Assembly: GCA_001799695.1 (NCBI GenBank)
Contig: MGTY01000022.1
Location: 4,031-68,030 of the forward strand
Reading direction: 5' to 3'
Origin: Elusimicrobia bacterium GWA2_69_24
GTDB taxonomy: Bacteria > Elusimicrobiota > Elusimicrobia > UBA1565
DNA length: 64,000 nucleotides
Below the pieces are notes generated by a model that had not been told where the DNA came from, ran no database searches, and saw only the letters and a list, made by a program, of their open reading frames with translations. The translations under genes and the position numbers were made by a program. Shown one piece after another: positions 38,069-47,919 of this stretch (positions within the stretch are counted from its first letter, which is position 1; each line of letters opens with the position of its first letter).

Positions 38069-38674
38069 ATGCTGCTGAGGGAGATCAGCGCAGAAGTGCT
38101 CGTGGCCGACGCGCCCATCGTCGCGCTGACGCGGGACGACGTGGCGGCGCTCAAGGTGCGCGCGGCAAAGAACCCGCGACGCCGGATACGGGTCTGCGCG
38201 CACCGGAGCGTCGACGACGCCGTCCACGAGATGCTGATCGTGATGGCGCAGGGATGCTATATCAGGCCGCACAAGCACCTCGAGAAGAGCGAATCGTTCC
38301 ACGTCGTCGAGGGGGCGCTCGACGTCGTGATCTTCGACGACGAGGGGCAGGTGACGCAGGTCCTGCCGCTCGGTGACTACGTCTCGGGAGCCGGGTTCTA
38401 CTACAGGAGCGACGCGGCGCTGTACCACACGGTGTTCATCCGGTCCGCCGTCGTCGTGTTCCACGAGACCACGAGGGGGCCGTTCCGTCCCTCGGATAGC
38501 ATCCCGGCGCCCTGGTCTCCCGACGAGACGGACGCAGTGGCCGTCTCGGGTTTTCTCGCCAAGCTCGGTGAGGCGACCGCTACTTGGCGTCCTCCGGCAA
38601 TACGCGGACCGGAACGTGGTCGTATTCCTCACGATGGCGGAGATAGACGTCGTAGACGAGCAGCAAGTAGTTGA
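38069..38674 (+). CDS. WbuC-family cupin-fold metalloprotein
   Basis: RRRIRVCAHRSVDDAVHEMLIV...YIRPHKH matches the WbuC cupin signature found in O-antigen clusters. The 3' end overlaps the convergent GT2 gene. Confidence 0.6.
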   Translation: MLLREISAEVLVADAPIVALTRDDVAALKVRAAKNPRRRIRVCAHRSVDDAVHEMLIVMAQGCYIRPHKHLEKSESFHVVEGALDVVIFDDEGQVTQVLPLGDYVSGAGFYYRSDAALYHTVFIRSAVVVFHETTRGPFRPSDSIPAPWSPDETDAVAVSGFLAKLGEATATWRPPAIRGPERGRIPHDGGDRRRRRAASS

Positions 38675-39368
38675 GGACGGCTTCCGCCAGGTTTCTGATC
38701 CGAAGCGCTGAGCTCTTGCGGGCGCCGGGGTTCATGAAGCCCTGGATCTCCATGAAGCTGCAGCCCCCCCGGAGCAGGCGCACCGTGGTCTCGGACGGAA
38801 AGCTGTAGCGCCGGGAGCGCAGGGTCATCGCGCGTAGCGGCGCGACAGGGTACACCGGCGTGGCATTGATGTAGCGCAGGTGGATGTTGAACGTGCTCGC
38901 GTAGACGAAGGAGAAGACGGCGGAGAGGATGTTGCGCAGTCGGCTGCGGCACTCCGTGTTGACCGTGTAGGCGCACACGAGGTCCGCCTTGATGCAGTTT
39001 CTGAGCATGTTCCTCAGGGTCGAGACCGAGATCACGTTGTCCCCCGGAAACAGGGTGATCCTCTCGTATTCGGCCGTCTCTAGGCCGCTCAGGAAGCAGG
39101 CGCCAAACCCCCTGTTCCGTTCGTGGTGGATGGTACGGACGACGGGGCATTGTGCCTTGATCTCCTCGATGAGCGCGGCGGTGCCGTCCGTGCTGCCGTC
39201 GTTGACGATGATGATCTCGATCGTGACGTTCCCAGCGGCCTTGGCCGCCTCGATCACGCTGCAGACGGCGGCCCGCAGGTTCTTCTCCTCGTTGAGCGCG
39301 GGCACGACTACAGAGACGCGGGGGACGTCCGGGTCGGGAATCTCCACGTTGTTGGGAAGCGAGCACAT
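38580..39368 (-). CDS. GT2-family glycosyltransferase
   Basis: VSVVVPALNEEKNL, IIVNDGSTDGT, FPGDNV(ISV) motifs. Lies in a lower-GC segment. Confidence 0.8.
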   Translation of the reverse strand: MCSLPNNVEIPDPDVPRVSVVVPALNEEKNLRAAVCSVIEAAKAAGNVTIEIIIVNDGSTDGTAALIEEIKAQCPVVRTIHHERNRGFGACFLSGLETAEYERITLFPGDNVISVSTLRNMLRNCIKADLVCAYTVNTECRSRLRNILSAVFSFVYASTFNIHLRYINATPVYPVAPLRAMTLRSRRYSFPSETTVRLLRGGCSFMEIQGFMNPGARKSSALRIRNLAEAVLNYLLLVYDVYLRHREEYDHVPVRVLPEDAK

Positions 39369-39792
39369 GTTCTGTAGAACGGGGCCTTCGCCTATTGCGC
39401 CGTCGGATGACCCGTTCGAGCGTCCATCCTTACAGCATCGTGGGCCGCTCTGGCAAGGTTTTTCTCTCGCCGCTGACGTGGGGGAGCAGCGCGGTGACCT
39501 ATTTTCTGTTCGTAAGAATTCGCCCGTGCTATCTTACTGTGTCCGGGTGATCGGGACTCTGTCGCGCCTGAGGCCGACGTGCGCGCCACTCTAGCCGACG
39601 AGCTGATGCGGCGCCGCGTTGACTGCCTCTTGAACTGAGATACTCGGAGTTTGGTTGCTGGTGCGCACCGTAGCGACATTCGACGCGGGCGTCGCCGTCG
39701 CTCCGTGTCGGGTCATACGACGGCGCGTGATACGTGCCTGTAAGTGACGAGGCGTGAGCCTGCCCGAATGTTGATTGCGGATAGACCCGGCG
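39369..39792. promoter_or_regulatory. 424-bp lower-GC divergent intergenic region (candidate promoters/regulatory region)
   Basis: Non-coding stretch between the divergent GT2 (-) and methyltransferase (+) genes. AT-richer than the surrounding DNA. Confidence 0.3.
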
Positions 39793-40785
39793 ATGACGGT
39801 CATGTTGCCGAATCATAGCTCCTCCGTGGCGGAACCATCAATCCGTATAACCACGGTCCCGTGTCCGGTCTGCGGCTCGACCGATCGAGAACTCCTGGCC
39901 GTGTCGCTCAATGACGTTGAAGACAGGGTTCCAGGGTCGTATGACATCTCCCGCTGTGCTGCGTGCGGACAAGTCTATCTCTCGCGGCGGCCGGACGACG
40001 CATCCTTACCGGCATGCTATCCGCTCGACTACCACACGAGAACCGGCAGGAAGAACCCGATTCTTCGATGGCTTTTTGGCATCTATCACCGTCTCCGAAT
40101 GAGAGAACTTGGAGGAAGCACGGCGGCCGGTCCCCGGTCACTCCTTGAGATCGGGTGCGGCGACGCGCAGTTCCTCGTGTTCCTGGAACGGAGGTGGGAC
40201 CGTGCGGCCCGTCTAGCCGGGCTCGACTTCGCCGTTGATCGAACTCAGCTTCCGGCGGGCTCTCGGATCAGGCTAGTGGCAGGCGCTATCGAGGATGCCG
40301 ATTTCGGCGACACCTTCGACATCGTTGTTGCGCACAACGTTTTGGAGCACCTACCCAAGCCCGTAGAGGCCCTCCGTCGCATCGCGAGCTACATGAGGAG
40401 CGGTGCCGTGCTCGCCGGTCAGGTGCCAGATTGGAATTCGCCGTGGCGCCGGATCTTTCCGCGACACTGGAACGGTCTACACGTTCCCAGACACATGGCC
40501 TTCTTCGATGAGCGTAGCCTGACTAACACGCTTGAGAAGGCTGGTTTCTCGGTTGACCGGATTCGAAGGGTTTATGATCCCGGAGACGCCGCGGTCTCTC
40601 TGTGCAACTGGGTGACCGATGTTCTTGGCCTCCAAACACGGCCCCGGAACGCTTGGTTCTTTTTCCCTGTCACGTTGCTTTTCGCGCCCCTAGGCCTCGT
40701 GCATACGATCGTTCTACGCGGTCGCTGCGCATTGCGGTTTGTCGCTACTAGAAAAGGTGACTGCAAGCGGAGTCCGGGTTCCTGA
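39793..40785 (+). CDS. class I SAM-dependent methyltransferase with N-terminal Zn-ribbon
   Basis: CPVCGS...CAACGQVYL zinc ribbon, LLEIGCGDAQFL motif I, and VVAHNVLEHL. Confidence 0.65.
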   Translation: MTVMLPNHSSSVAEPSIRITTVPCPVCGSTDRELLAVSLNDVEDRVPGSYDISRCAACGQVYLSRRPDDASLPACYPLDYHTRTGRKNPILRWLFGIYHRLRMRELGGSTAAGPRSLLEIGCGDAQFLVFLERRWDRAARLAGLDFAVDRTQLPAGSRIRLVAGAIEDADFGDTFDIVVAHNVLEHLPKPVEALRRIASYMRSGAVLAGQVPDWNSPWRRIFPRHWNGLHVPRHMAFFDERSLTNTLEKAGFSVDRIRRVYDPGDAAVSLCNWVTDVLGLQTRPRNAWFFFPVTLLFAPLGLVHTIVLRGRCALRFVATRKGDCKRSPGS

Positions 40786-40941
40786 ACCGCACCTCCCGCA
40801 TGTCGCGCCCGCGATTTTCCGACCTCACCCGCCGATGTGGCGTCGGATGTCGGTGAACACTTTGGGGGAGATCCCAAGGACTGAACCGTAGAGGAATCGT
40901 TGAAAGCTGACGCAGCGGCTTACGACAGTGCAGGTCGTGTG

Positions 40942-42891
40942 ATGGCGACGATGGGGCCGTTGATTCCGTGGATACTCGTCTTCATCGCTGCAATGCGGCT
41001 CGTTCACCTGGACGCCGACCCGGGCCTCGTCAAGTCCATCCTCAACAACGCCGCCGACGTCGGCGACGAGGCCTACTGGGCCTTCGGCGCGAGGAACCTG
41101 ATCCTGTTTGGGACGCTGGCCTCCGACGACTATCTCCAGGCCGCCACCTCGCCCTTCTACACCGTCATCACGTACACGGCGTACTGGTTGTTCGGCGTCA
41201 GCATGTACACCACGCGATTGCCGAATGCCCTGCTGGGCATCGCGGCGGTCGTGCTCGCCTATCGGCTGATCCGGCCGTACAGCAAGCCCGCGGCGGTGGT
41301 CGCGGGCCTCACGCTGGCGCTGGAGAACAATTTCTTCATCCACACGCGCATGGGGCAGGTAGAGGCGACGAACGGGTTTTTCGCCCTGCTGGCGTTCTAC
41401 CTCCTGGTCCGGTCGAAGGCTCCGGGCCTCGCCGGGGTGGCCCTCGGGCTGAGCGTCGCCTCGAAGATCGTCGCTCTCCTGATGCTGCCGGCCTTCGCGC
41501 TGTTCTTCCTGCTCCAGTGGATCCGCGGGGTGGCCCGTGCGAGGGAGATGCTGCGGTTCTGCGCCGGTCTGGCGGCGGTCGGCGGCCTGCTCGTCGGCTT
41601 CGTCCTCTACTATCACGGCGTCTCGGCGCAGACGCAGGGGCTCTCCCTCCTGCGAAATCCCCTCCGCGCCGTGGTCGACTTCGTGACCGGGTACGATCTG
41701 GCGAATCCGCTGCGCTACGACGACGTCTTCATGAAGAACCTCGTGATGCAGTCGCAGGGGGTGGCGCTCGTGCGGAACCCCGCCCGGGTCCTCATCGATT
41801 TCGTCACCGGATTCTACATGTCGTATCCGTCGACCGTCTTGCTCGTCGTGCTGCTCGGCGGCTACGCGTGGCGGGCGCGAGTGGCGCTCTGGGTGGGCAG
41901 GGGCGCGCGCGAGCGACTCGCTCGGCTCACGGACATCGAGATCATGGTGGTCGCGTGGCTGGCCGGCTATGCGGTGAGCATGATCCTCCTGTCCGACATG
42001 CACAACCGTCGGATGAACCTGTTCACGATTCCGCTCGCGCTCGTGCCGGGGCTGCTTGTCCTGCGCGCGGAGGACGAGCCGATGACGGAGCGCCCCCGCG
42101 GACTCCAGGTGGCGCTGCTCTGCGCTCCTCCAGTGTTCGTGGGGATGCTTCTCGGGAGAAGGGTCCTCGAGGCGCTCACGGGACTCGGCACGGGATCGAG
42201 CCTGCTGGCCGCCGGGCTGATCACGGTCGCCGCGACGAGCGCCCTCGTGGTCTGGGCCCGTCCGTCGGCGCGATGGTGGGAGCGGGCCGGGTGGGTCACG
42301 CTGATGGCATGGGTCGCCCTCGCCTCGATGTCGCTCGGGTTCTCGTTGGTCACACGCATCCTGCCGAACCTCGGGGTGGCCAGCCGTCTGACCAAGGTCG
42401 GCATCGTGATCGTGTTCCTCACGGCGATGATCGTCCTCGGGATCCTGGCCCGGAAGAGCGCGCCGGCGGTCATCGTGGCGATGCTGCTGCTCAGCGCGTC
42501 GCTCGACGCGTACGACATCCTCGGCAGCTCGTTCAGCGCCCGCGACGCCTCGCTCCAGGTGCGGGCCGTGACGACGTCGGACGACTGGGGCATCGGCGAC
42601 GGCGCCCACGTCTTGAGCCTGAACGCGCCCTACCGTCCCGTGCAGGCCTATCCCGGCCGAGGCGTCAATCGCGACTTCGCGGCGACGGTCAGGCCGAGGT
42701 TCCTCTTCCGCGAGGTGGACCACCGGGACAAACGGTTCAACGATCCGAAGTGGACGGAGTTCAGCGTGAGGGAAGAGGACCTGTACGCGATCGGTGCGTC
42801 GAGGGTCGAGGCGATCGCCGAGTTCCCTCTGTACCCGGTGCTGAGCATGCCGGGCGAGGTGACCTATCGCCTCTACCGCGTGACGTATTGA
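40942..42891 (+). CDS. second ArnT/PMT-family GT-C glycosyltransferase
   Basis: N-terminal VHLDADPG...DEAYWAFGARNLILFG (GT-C DE motif). More than 10 TM helices, then a roughly 200-aa C-terminal soluble domain. Confidence 0.7.
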   Translation: MATMGPLIPWILVFIAAMRLVHLDADPGLVKSILNNAADVGDEAYWAFGARNLILFGTLASDDYLQAATSPFYTVITYTAYWLFGVSMYTTRLPNALLGIAAVVLAYRLIRPYSKPAAVVAGLTLALENNFFIHTRMGQVEATNGFFALLAFYLLVRSKAPGLAGVALGLSVASKIVALLMLPAFALFFLLQWIRGVARAREMLRFCAGLAAVGGLLVGFVLYYHGVSAQTQGLSLLRNPLRAVVDFVTGYDLANPLRYDDVFMKNLVMQSQGVALVRNPARVLIDFVTGFYMSYPSTVLLVVLLGGYAWRARVALWVGRGARERLARLTDIEIMVVAWLAGYAVSMILLSDMHNRRMNLFTIPLALVPGLLVLRAEDEPMTERPRGLQVALLCAPPVFVGMLLGRRVLEALTGLGTGSSLLAAGLITVAATSALVVWARPSARWWERAGWVTLMAWVALASMSLGFSLVTRILPNLGVASRLTKVGIVIVFLTAMIVLGILARKSAPAVIVAMLLLSASLDAYDILGSSFSARDASLQVRAVTTSDDWGIGDGAHVLSLNAPYRPVQAYPGRGVNRDFAATVRPRFLFREVDHRDKRFNDPKWTEFSVREEDLYAIGASRVEAIAEFPLYPVLSMPGEVTYRLYRVTY

Positions 42892-42920
42892 GGACCCGCG
42901 TTCTGGCGCGCCTGCGGGCG

Positions 42921-43907
42921 ATGTCGGTCGAGAAGCGGACGGCGGTCGCCGTGTCTCTCGTCCGGGTGGCCGTGGGCGGGGTGGCAGTTGCTCGGACCGT
43001 CGGCGGGCTGGTCGGCGGCCTCGACCGGGGCTGGTCCATGCTCCCGGTCGTTCTCGAGGGCGTGACGGGCGCGGGCGTCCTGCTCGGCGTCTTCTTCCGT
43101 CCGTGTCTGGCGCTCCTGGCGCTGAGCCTGCTCGTCGGGACGGTCGGCGCGTCCGACGGGGCGATCACGCTCGGGGCCGCGCCCTACGCCGCGCAGAGCC
43201 TCGGCGTCCTGGCGGCGCTCGCGCTCGTGGGGCCCGGCCGGTACACGCTGGGCTGGGTGGTCCGGCGGTTCCGGGGCGCGGCGATCAGCTATCCGGTGAC
43301 GCGACAGCCCACCGACATCTTCGGGCTGAAATACCTGCCGACGCTCGCGCCACGCCACAGCGACGACGCCGACTTCATCGTCGGCAAGCCGGTGGACGCG
43401 GAGGTCACGCCGCGAAATCTGCGAAAGCTCGAGGAGATCGTCCTGGCGACGAGGCAGAGCGGCAAGCTCATCGTCGAGATCGGCGTGTGCCGGAACGCCG
43501 AGGGCTCGTTCACCCACGTGCTGCTGCGGCACAAGCCGCGTGACGCCGTTTATCTCGGGATCGACATGGACGACAAGTCCTTCCTCGACGATCCGGCGAG
43601 GAGCATCCACACGCTGCGGACGGATTCGCGGGACCAGGATCTGGTGCGCGCCAAGATCAAGGAGCTCGGCGGCCCGCCGATCGGCATCCTGTTCATCGAC
43701 GGATGGCATTCCGTCAACGTCGCGGTGAACGACTGGAAGTACGCGGACCTGCTCGCCGAGGACGGCGTCGTGGTGCTCCACGACACGAACTGCCATCCCG
43801 GCCCCGTGTGCCTGTTCGACGCGGTGGACGAGCGACTCTTCCACAAGGAGAAGTTCTTCGAGCGCGAGCGGGACTGGGGGATGGCGGTGTTTCGAAGGCG
43901 TCGATGA
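42921..43907 (+). CDS. fusion of a DoxX-like four-TM domain with a class I SAM-dependent methyltransferase domain (Methyltransf_24/TylF-CmcI-like)
   Basis: The N-terminal 110 aa are hydrophobic and DoxX-like. The C-terminal region has LIVEIGVCRN, ILFIDGWHS, VVVLHDT. Confidence 0.6.
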   Translation: MSVEKRTAVAVSLVRVAVGGVAVARTVGGLVGGLDRGWSMLPVVLEGVTGAGVLLGVFFRPCLALLALSLLVGTVGASDGAITLGAAPYAAQSLGVLAALALVGPGRYTLGWVVRRFRGAAISYPVTRQPTDIFGLKYLPTLAPRHSDDADFIVGKPVDAEVTPRNLRKLEEIVLATRQSGKLIVEIGVCRNAEGSFTHVLLRHKPRDAVYLGIDMDDKSFLDDPARSIHTLRTDSRDQDLVRAKIKELGGPPIGILFIDGWHSVNVAVNDWKYADLLAEDGVVVLHDTNCHPGPVCLFDAVDERLFHKEKFFERERDWGMAVFRRRR

Positions 43908-43910
43908 GCC

Positions 43911-44906
43911 GTGAAGGCGCTCATCGTCGGGCTCGGCGGCATCGGACGGCGCCACGCAAGGAACCTCAAGGCGATCGACGGGTCGGCGCGGATCTGCGCC
44001 TGGCGCCCGCAGTCGGCGGACGACGGACTCGGCGACCTCGCCCCGCTGGTCGAGCGCGTCGTCCGCACCGCGGACGAGGCGCTCGCGTGGGGACCCGACC
44101 TGGCCGTGCTGGCGACTCCGGCTTCGATGCACGTGGAGGCGGCCGTGCCGCTGGCGCGCGCGGGGATTCACCTGCTCGTGGAGAAGCCGCTGTCGGACCG
44201 GCTCGACGCCGTGGATGGCCTGCTGGCGCTCTGTGAGGCGCGGGCGCTGGTGCTGATGGTCGGCTACAACCTGCGGTTCGCGCACTCGCTGGCGCGCCTG
44301 CGCGCCGCGCTGGCCGACGGCGCCATCGGGCGGGTGCTCGCGCTCCGCGCGGAGGTCGGTCAGTTCCTGCCCGACTGGCGCCAGGGGCGGGACTACCGGC
44401 GGTCGGCGAGCGCGCAGCGGGCGCTCGGCGGAGGCGCGGTCCTCGAGATGAGCCACGAGCTGGACTACGCGCGGTGGCTCCTGGGCGAGGTGACCGCGGT
44501 CAGCGCGCGGACCGCGCGCCTGGGTGACCTCGATGTCGACGTCGAGGACGCCGCGGAGATCACGCTCGAGTTCGCGAGCGGGGCGCTCGGGAACATCCAC
44601 GTGGACATGCTCGACCGCGCGAGGACGCGCGGGTGCCGGGTGGTGGGGACCGAAGGGACGCTCGTGTGGGATGGTGTCGAGCACCGGACGGAGCTGTTCA
44701 CGGCGTCGACGGGGACGTGGAGCGAGCTCTACTCCGGCGTCGGGGAGGATCGGAACGCGATGTACGTGGCGGAGCTGGAGCACTTCCTCGGGTGTGTCGC
44801 CGCGGGGCGCCCCGCGGCGATCACCGGCGCGGACGGCAAGCGGGTCGTCGAGATCGCGCTCGCCGCTCACCGGTCCGCCGCCACCCGCCAGGTGGTGTCG
44901 CTCTGA
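43911..44906 (+). CDS. Gfo/Idh/MocA-family oxidoreductase
   Basis: ALIVGLGGIGRRHA Rossmann motif and EKPLS. Confidence 0.8.
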   Translation: MKALIVGLGGIGRRHARNLKAIDGSARICAWRPQSADDGLGDLAPLVERVVRTADEALAWGPDLAVLATPASMHVEAAVPLARAGIHLLVEKPLSDRLDAVDGLLALCEARALVLMVGYNLRFAHSLARLRAALADGAIGRVLALRAEVGQFLPDWRQGRDYRRSASAQRALGGGAVLEMSHELDYARWLLGEVTAVSARTARLGDLDVDVEDAAEITLEFASGALGNIHVDMLDRARTRGCRVVGTEGTLVWDGVEHRTELFTASTGTWSELYSGVGEDRNAMYVAELEHFLGCVAAGRPAAITGADGKRVVEIALAAHRSAATRQVVSL

Positions 44907-44917
44907 ACCCGTACGTC

Positions 44918-45613
44918 GTGGGTGCGATCTTCGCCCGTGGGGGCTCCAAGGGCATTCCGCGGAAGAACCTCCGGCCGCTGGCCGGCCGTCCGCTGCTCGC
45001 GCACGCGATCGCCGCGGCGAGGTCGGCGAGGCACGTCCAGCGGGTCATCGTGTCCACCGACGATCCCGAGATCGCCGAGGTGGCGCGGCGGTACGGCGCC
45101 GAGATTCCGTTCATGCGGCCGGCCGAGCTGGCCGCGGACGACTCGCCGGAGTGGCTGGCGTGGCAGCACGCGATTCGCGCCCTGGAGGCGGCCGACGGCC
45201 GGACACTCGACGTGCTGGTGTCGGTGCCCACCACCTCGCCGCTGCGCGTCGCCGGGGACGTCGACGCGTGCGTCGAGGCCCTGCTGGACAGTGATGCCGA
45301 CGTCGTGATCACCGTGACGCCGGCCGACCGGAGCCCGTACTTCAACATGGTGGTGCTCGAGGGGGGGTACGCGCGGCCCGTGGTTCGCCCGGCCGGGCCG
45401 GTGCACCGCCGGCAAGACGCGCCGGCCATCTTCGACATGACGACGGTGGCCTACGCGGCCCGCGGCGGGTTCGTCATGCGCGCCTGCGAGCTGTTCGAGG
45501 GAAAGGTCCGGGCGGTGGTGGTGCCGCGCGAGCGCGCGCTCGACATCGACACGGAGCTCGACCTCGAAGTGGCGGAGTTCCTGGTCCAGCGGTCGCGAGC
45601 GCGGCGCCCGTGA
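44918..45613 (+). CDS. CMP-nonulosonic acid synthetase (acylneuraminate cytidylyltransferase family, NeuA/LegF/PtmB-like)
   Basis: AIFARGGSKGIPRKN P-loop signature. GTG start. Confidence 0.75.
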   Translation: MGAIFARGGSKGIPRKNLRPLAGRPLLAHAIAAARSARHVQRVIVSTDDPEIAEVARRYGAEIPFMRPAELAADDSPEWLAWQHAIRALEAADGRTLDVLVSVPTTSPLRVAGDVDACVEALLDSDADVVITVTPADRSPYFNMVVLEGGYARPVVRPAGPVHRRQDAPAIFDMTTVAYAARGGFVMRACELFEGKVRAVVVPRERALDIDTELDLEVAEFLVQRSRARRP

Positions 45614-46413
45614 GGTCGCTCAAGGAGCTGATGAGCCTCGCGGGACGCGTCGCGGTCATCACCGGCGGCGCGGGCCACCTCGGGCGCGCGATGGCCGAGA
45701 GCCTGGGCGAACTGGGGGCCACCGTGGTGCTGGTCGACATCGCGGGCGGCGCCGCCGCGAAGGTCGCGTCGGAGGTCCGGGCCAGCCACGGCGTCGAGGC
45801 GCTCCCGCTTGAGGTCGACCTCGCCGACGAGCCGGCGGTCCGCGGCGTGCCGCCCACCGTGCTGGGCCGGTTGGGCCGGCTCGACATCCTCATCAACAAC
45901 GCCGCACTGGTCGGGACGTCCGCGCTGGCCGGGTGGGCGGTCCCGTTCGCCGAGCAGTCCTCCGCGACCTGGCGGGCGGCTCTCGAGGTGAACCTCACCG
46001 CGGCCTTCGTGCTCGCGCAGGCGGCGGCGCCGGCGCTCAGCGCCTCGGGCCACGGCGCGGTGATCAACGTGGGGTCGACGTACGGCGTCGTGGGCCCCCA
46101 GATGACCCTCTACGCGGGGACGCCCCTCGGGAACCCCGCCGCCTACGCCGCGAGCAAGGGCGGCCTGCTGCAGCTCACGCGGTGGATGGCGACGGTGCTG
46201 GCGCCCGCGGTGCGGGTCAACGCGATCACGCCGGGCGGGATCTGGCGGCAGCAGCCCGACAGCTTCGTCCGGCGGTACGAGGCGCTGACGCCGCTCGGGC
46301 GGATGGCGAGCGAGGAGGATTTCAAGGGCGCGGTGGCCTACCTGGCGAGCGATCTCTCGCGCTACGTGACCGGGCACAACCTCGTGGTCGACGGCGGCTG
46401 GACGGCGTGGTGA
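45610..46413 (+). CDS. SDR-family oxidoreductase (PtmA-like position)
   Basis: GTGA overlap. VITGGAGHLGRAMA Rossmann motif and YAASKGGL (YxxxK). Confidence 0.8.
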   Translation: MRSLKELMSLAGRVAVITGGAGHLGRAMAESLGELGATVVLVDIAGGAAAKVASEVRASHGVEALPLEVDLADEPAVRGVPPTVLGRLGRLDILINNAALVGTSALAGWAVPFAEQSSATWRAALEVNLTAAFVLAQAAAPALSASGHGAVINVGSTYGVVGPQMTLYAGTPLGNPAAYAASKGGLLQLTRWMATVLAPAVRVNAITPGGIWRQQPDSFVRRYEALTPLGRMASEEDFKGAVAYLASDLSRYVTGHNLVVDGGWTAW

Positions 46414-47273
46414 GGGTCATCCCGCGCCTCGACATCAAGGGACCGAACCTGGTGAAGGGCGTGCACCTGGAGGGCCTGCGGGTCCTCGGGAAGCCCGAGC
46501 GGTTCGCGCGCCACTACTACGAGGCCGGCGCCGACGAGCTGCTGTACATGGACGTCGTCGCCAGCCTCTACGGGCGCAACAGCCTGCTCGACATCGTCGA
46601 GCAGACGGCCCGGGAGATCTTCATCCCGCTCACGGTCGGGGGCGGGCTCAGGAGCCTCGACGACATCCGGACGGTGCTGCGCGCCGGCGCCGACAAGGTC
46701 GCGCTCAACACCGCGGCGGTCCGGAGCCCCGAGCTGGTGCGGGAGGCCGCGCGGAAGTTCGGGTCGTCCACGATCGTGGTGTCGATCGAGGTGATCCGCC
46801 GTCCCGACGGGTCGTACGAGGCCTACACCGACAACGGCCGGGAGCGCACGGGGATCGACGCCTTCGAGTGGGCGCTGCGGGCCGCGGAGCTGGGCGCGGG
46901 CGAGCTCCTGGTCACCTCGATCGACCGGGAGGGCACCGGCCGGGGCTTCGACGTCGCGCTGACGCGGCGGATCTCCGAGGCGGTGTCGATCCCCGTCATC
47001 GCCTGCGGCGGCGCCGGCCTGCTCCAGCACATCCACGAGGCGGTGGCCGAGGGCAAGGCGCAGGCGGTGTGTGTCGCCTCGATCCTGCACTACGGTGTGG
47101 TCCGCAGCGTCGGCGCCCAGGACAGCTTCGACGAGGGGATCAACACGGTCCATCTGCTGCGCCGGCAGGGCTTCGAGAAGATCGAGGACACGACGCTGCC
47201 GGCCATCAAGCGCTACCTGCTCGACCGCGGCACCCCCTGCCGGCCGGTGGCGACGGGAGGGGGGCATGGCTAG
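46410..47273 (+). CDS. HisF-like cyclase subunit (WbuZ-type, glycan acetamidino formation)
   Basis: GTGA overlap. IPRLDIKGPNLVKGVHLEG and the (beta/alpha)8 motifs of imidazole-glycerol-phosphate synthase HisF. Confidence 0.8.
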   Translation: MRVIPRLDIKGPNLVKGVHLEGLRVLGKPERFARHYYEAGADELLYMDVVASLYGRNSLLDIVEQTAREIFIPLTVGGGLRSLDDIRTVLRAGADKVALNTAAVRSPELVREAARKFGSSTIVVSIEVIRRPDGSYEAYTDNGRERTGIDAFEWALRAAELGAGELLVTSIDREGTGRGFDVALTRRISEAVSIPVIACGGAGLLQHIHEAVAEGKAQAVCVASILHYGVVRSVGAQDSFDEGINTVHLLRRQGFEKIEDTTLPAIKRYLLDRGTPCRPVATGGGHG

Positions 47274-47919
47274 CCCGCTCGTGGCGATCGTAGACTTCGG
47301 CATGGGAAACCTCCACAGCGTCCGCCAGGCCTGCGCGCACGCGGGCCTGGACGGCCGCATCACCGCCTCGCCGTCGGACCTGGCGCGCGCCGATGCGATC
47401 ATCCTCCCCGGGGTGGGTGCGTACGCCGACGCGATGGCGACCCTCCGCCGGACGGGGATGGCGGACGCCCTTCGCGGGGCAGCCGAGTCCGGCAAGCCGC
47501 TCGTCGGCATCTGCCTGGGGCTCCAGCTCCTGATGAGCGAGAGCCTCGAGTTCGGCCGCCACGAAGGGCTCGGGCTGATCGCCGGGGACGTGGTGTACCT
47601 GGAGCCGGGTGCAGGCGCGGCAGCCGTGAAGGTCCCGCAGGTCGGCTGGAACCAGATCCACCGCACCGGGAGCTGGGAGGGCACGCTCCTCGACGGACTG
47701 CCGGACGGTGGGTTCATGTACTTCGTCCACTCCCTGCACGTGCGGCCGCGCGACCCGAGCGTCGTGCTGAGCACCACCCGCTACGGAGCCGTCGAGTTCT
47801 GCTCGAGCCTGCGTCAGCACAACGTGTTCGGCTGCCAGTTCCACCCCGAGCGCAGCGGCCCGGAGGGGCTTCACATGTACGCCACCCTCGCAACCACGCT
47901 GATGGCCGCCCATGCCTGA
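47266..47919 (+). CDS. HisH-like glutamine amidotransferase subunit (WbuY-type)
   Basis: VAIVDFGMGNLHS and GICLGLQLL (catalytic Cys), with FHPE further on. Confidence 0.8.
   Translation: MASPLVAIVDFGMGNLHSVRQACAHAGLDGRITASPSDLARADAIILPGVGAYADAMATLRRTGMADALRGAAESGKPLVGICLGLQLLMSESLEFGRHEGLGLIAGDVVYLEPGAGAAAVKVPQVGWNQIHRTGSWEGTLLDGLPDGGFMYFVHSLHVRPRDPSVVLSTTRYGAVEFCSSLRQHNVFGCQFHPERSGPEGLHMYATLATTLMAAHA

Noticed and set aside
36629-38632. 667-aa minus-strand ORF
   Set aside because: A different frame from the supported epimerase and SDR genes, strongly R/G/P-rich. The overlapping real genes have clear Rossmann motifs.
40968-43907. 979-aa plus-strand ORF
   Set aside because: Only the C-terminal 328 aa (from ATG 42921) are protein-like (DoxX-MT fusion). 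The upstream 650 aa are an R-rich out-of-frame read-through across the real GT-C gene (40942..42891).
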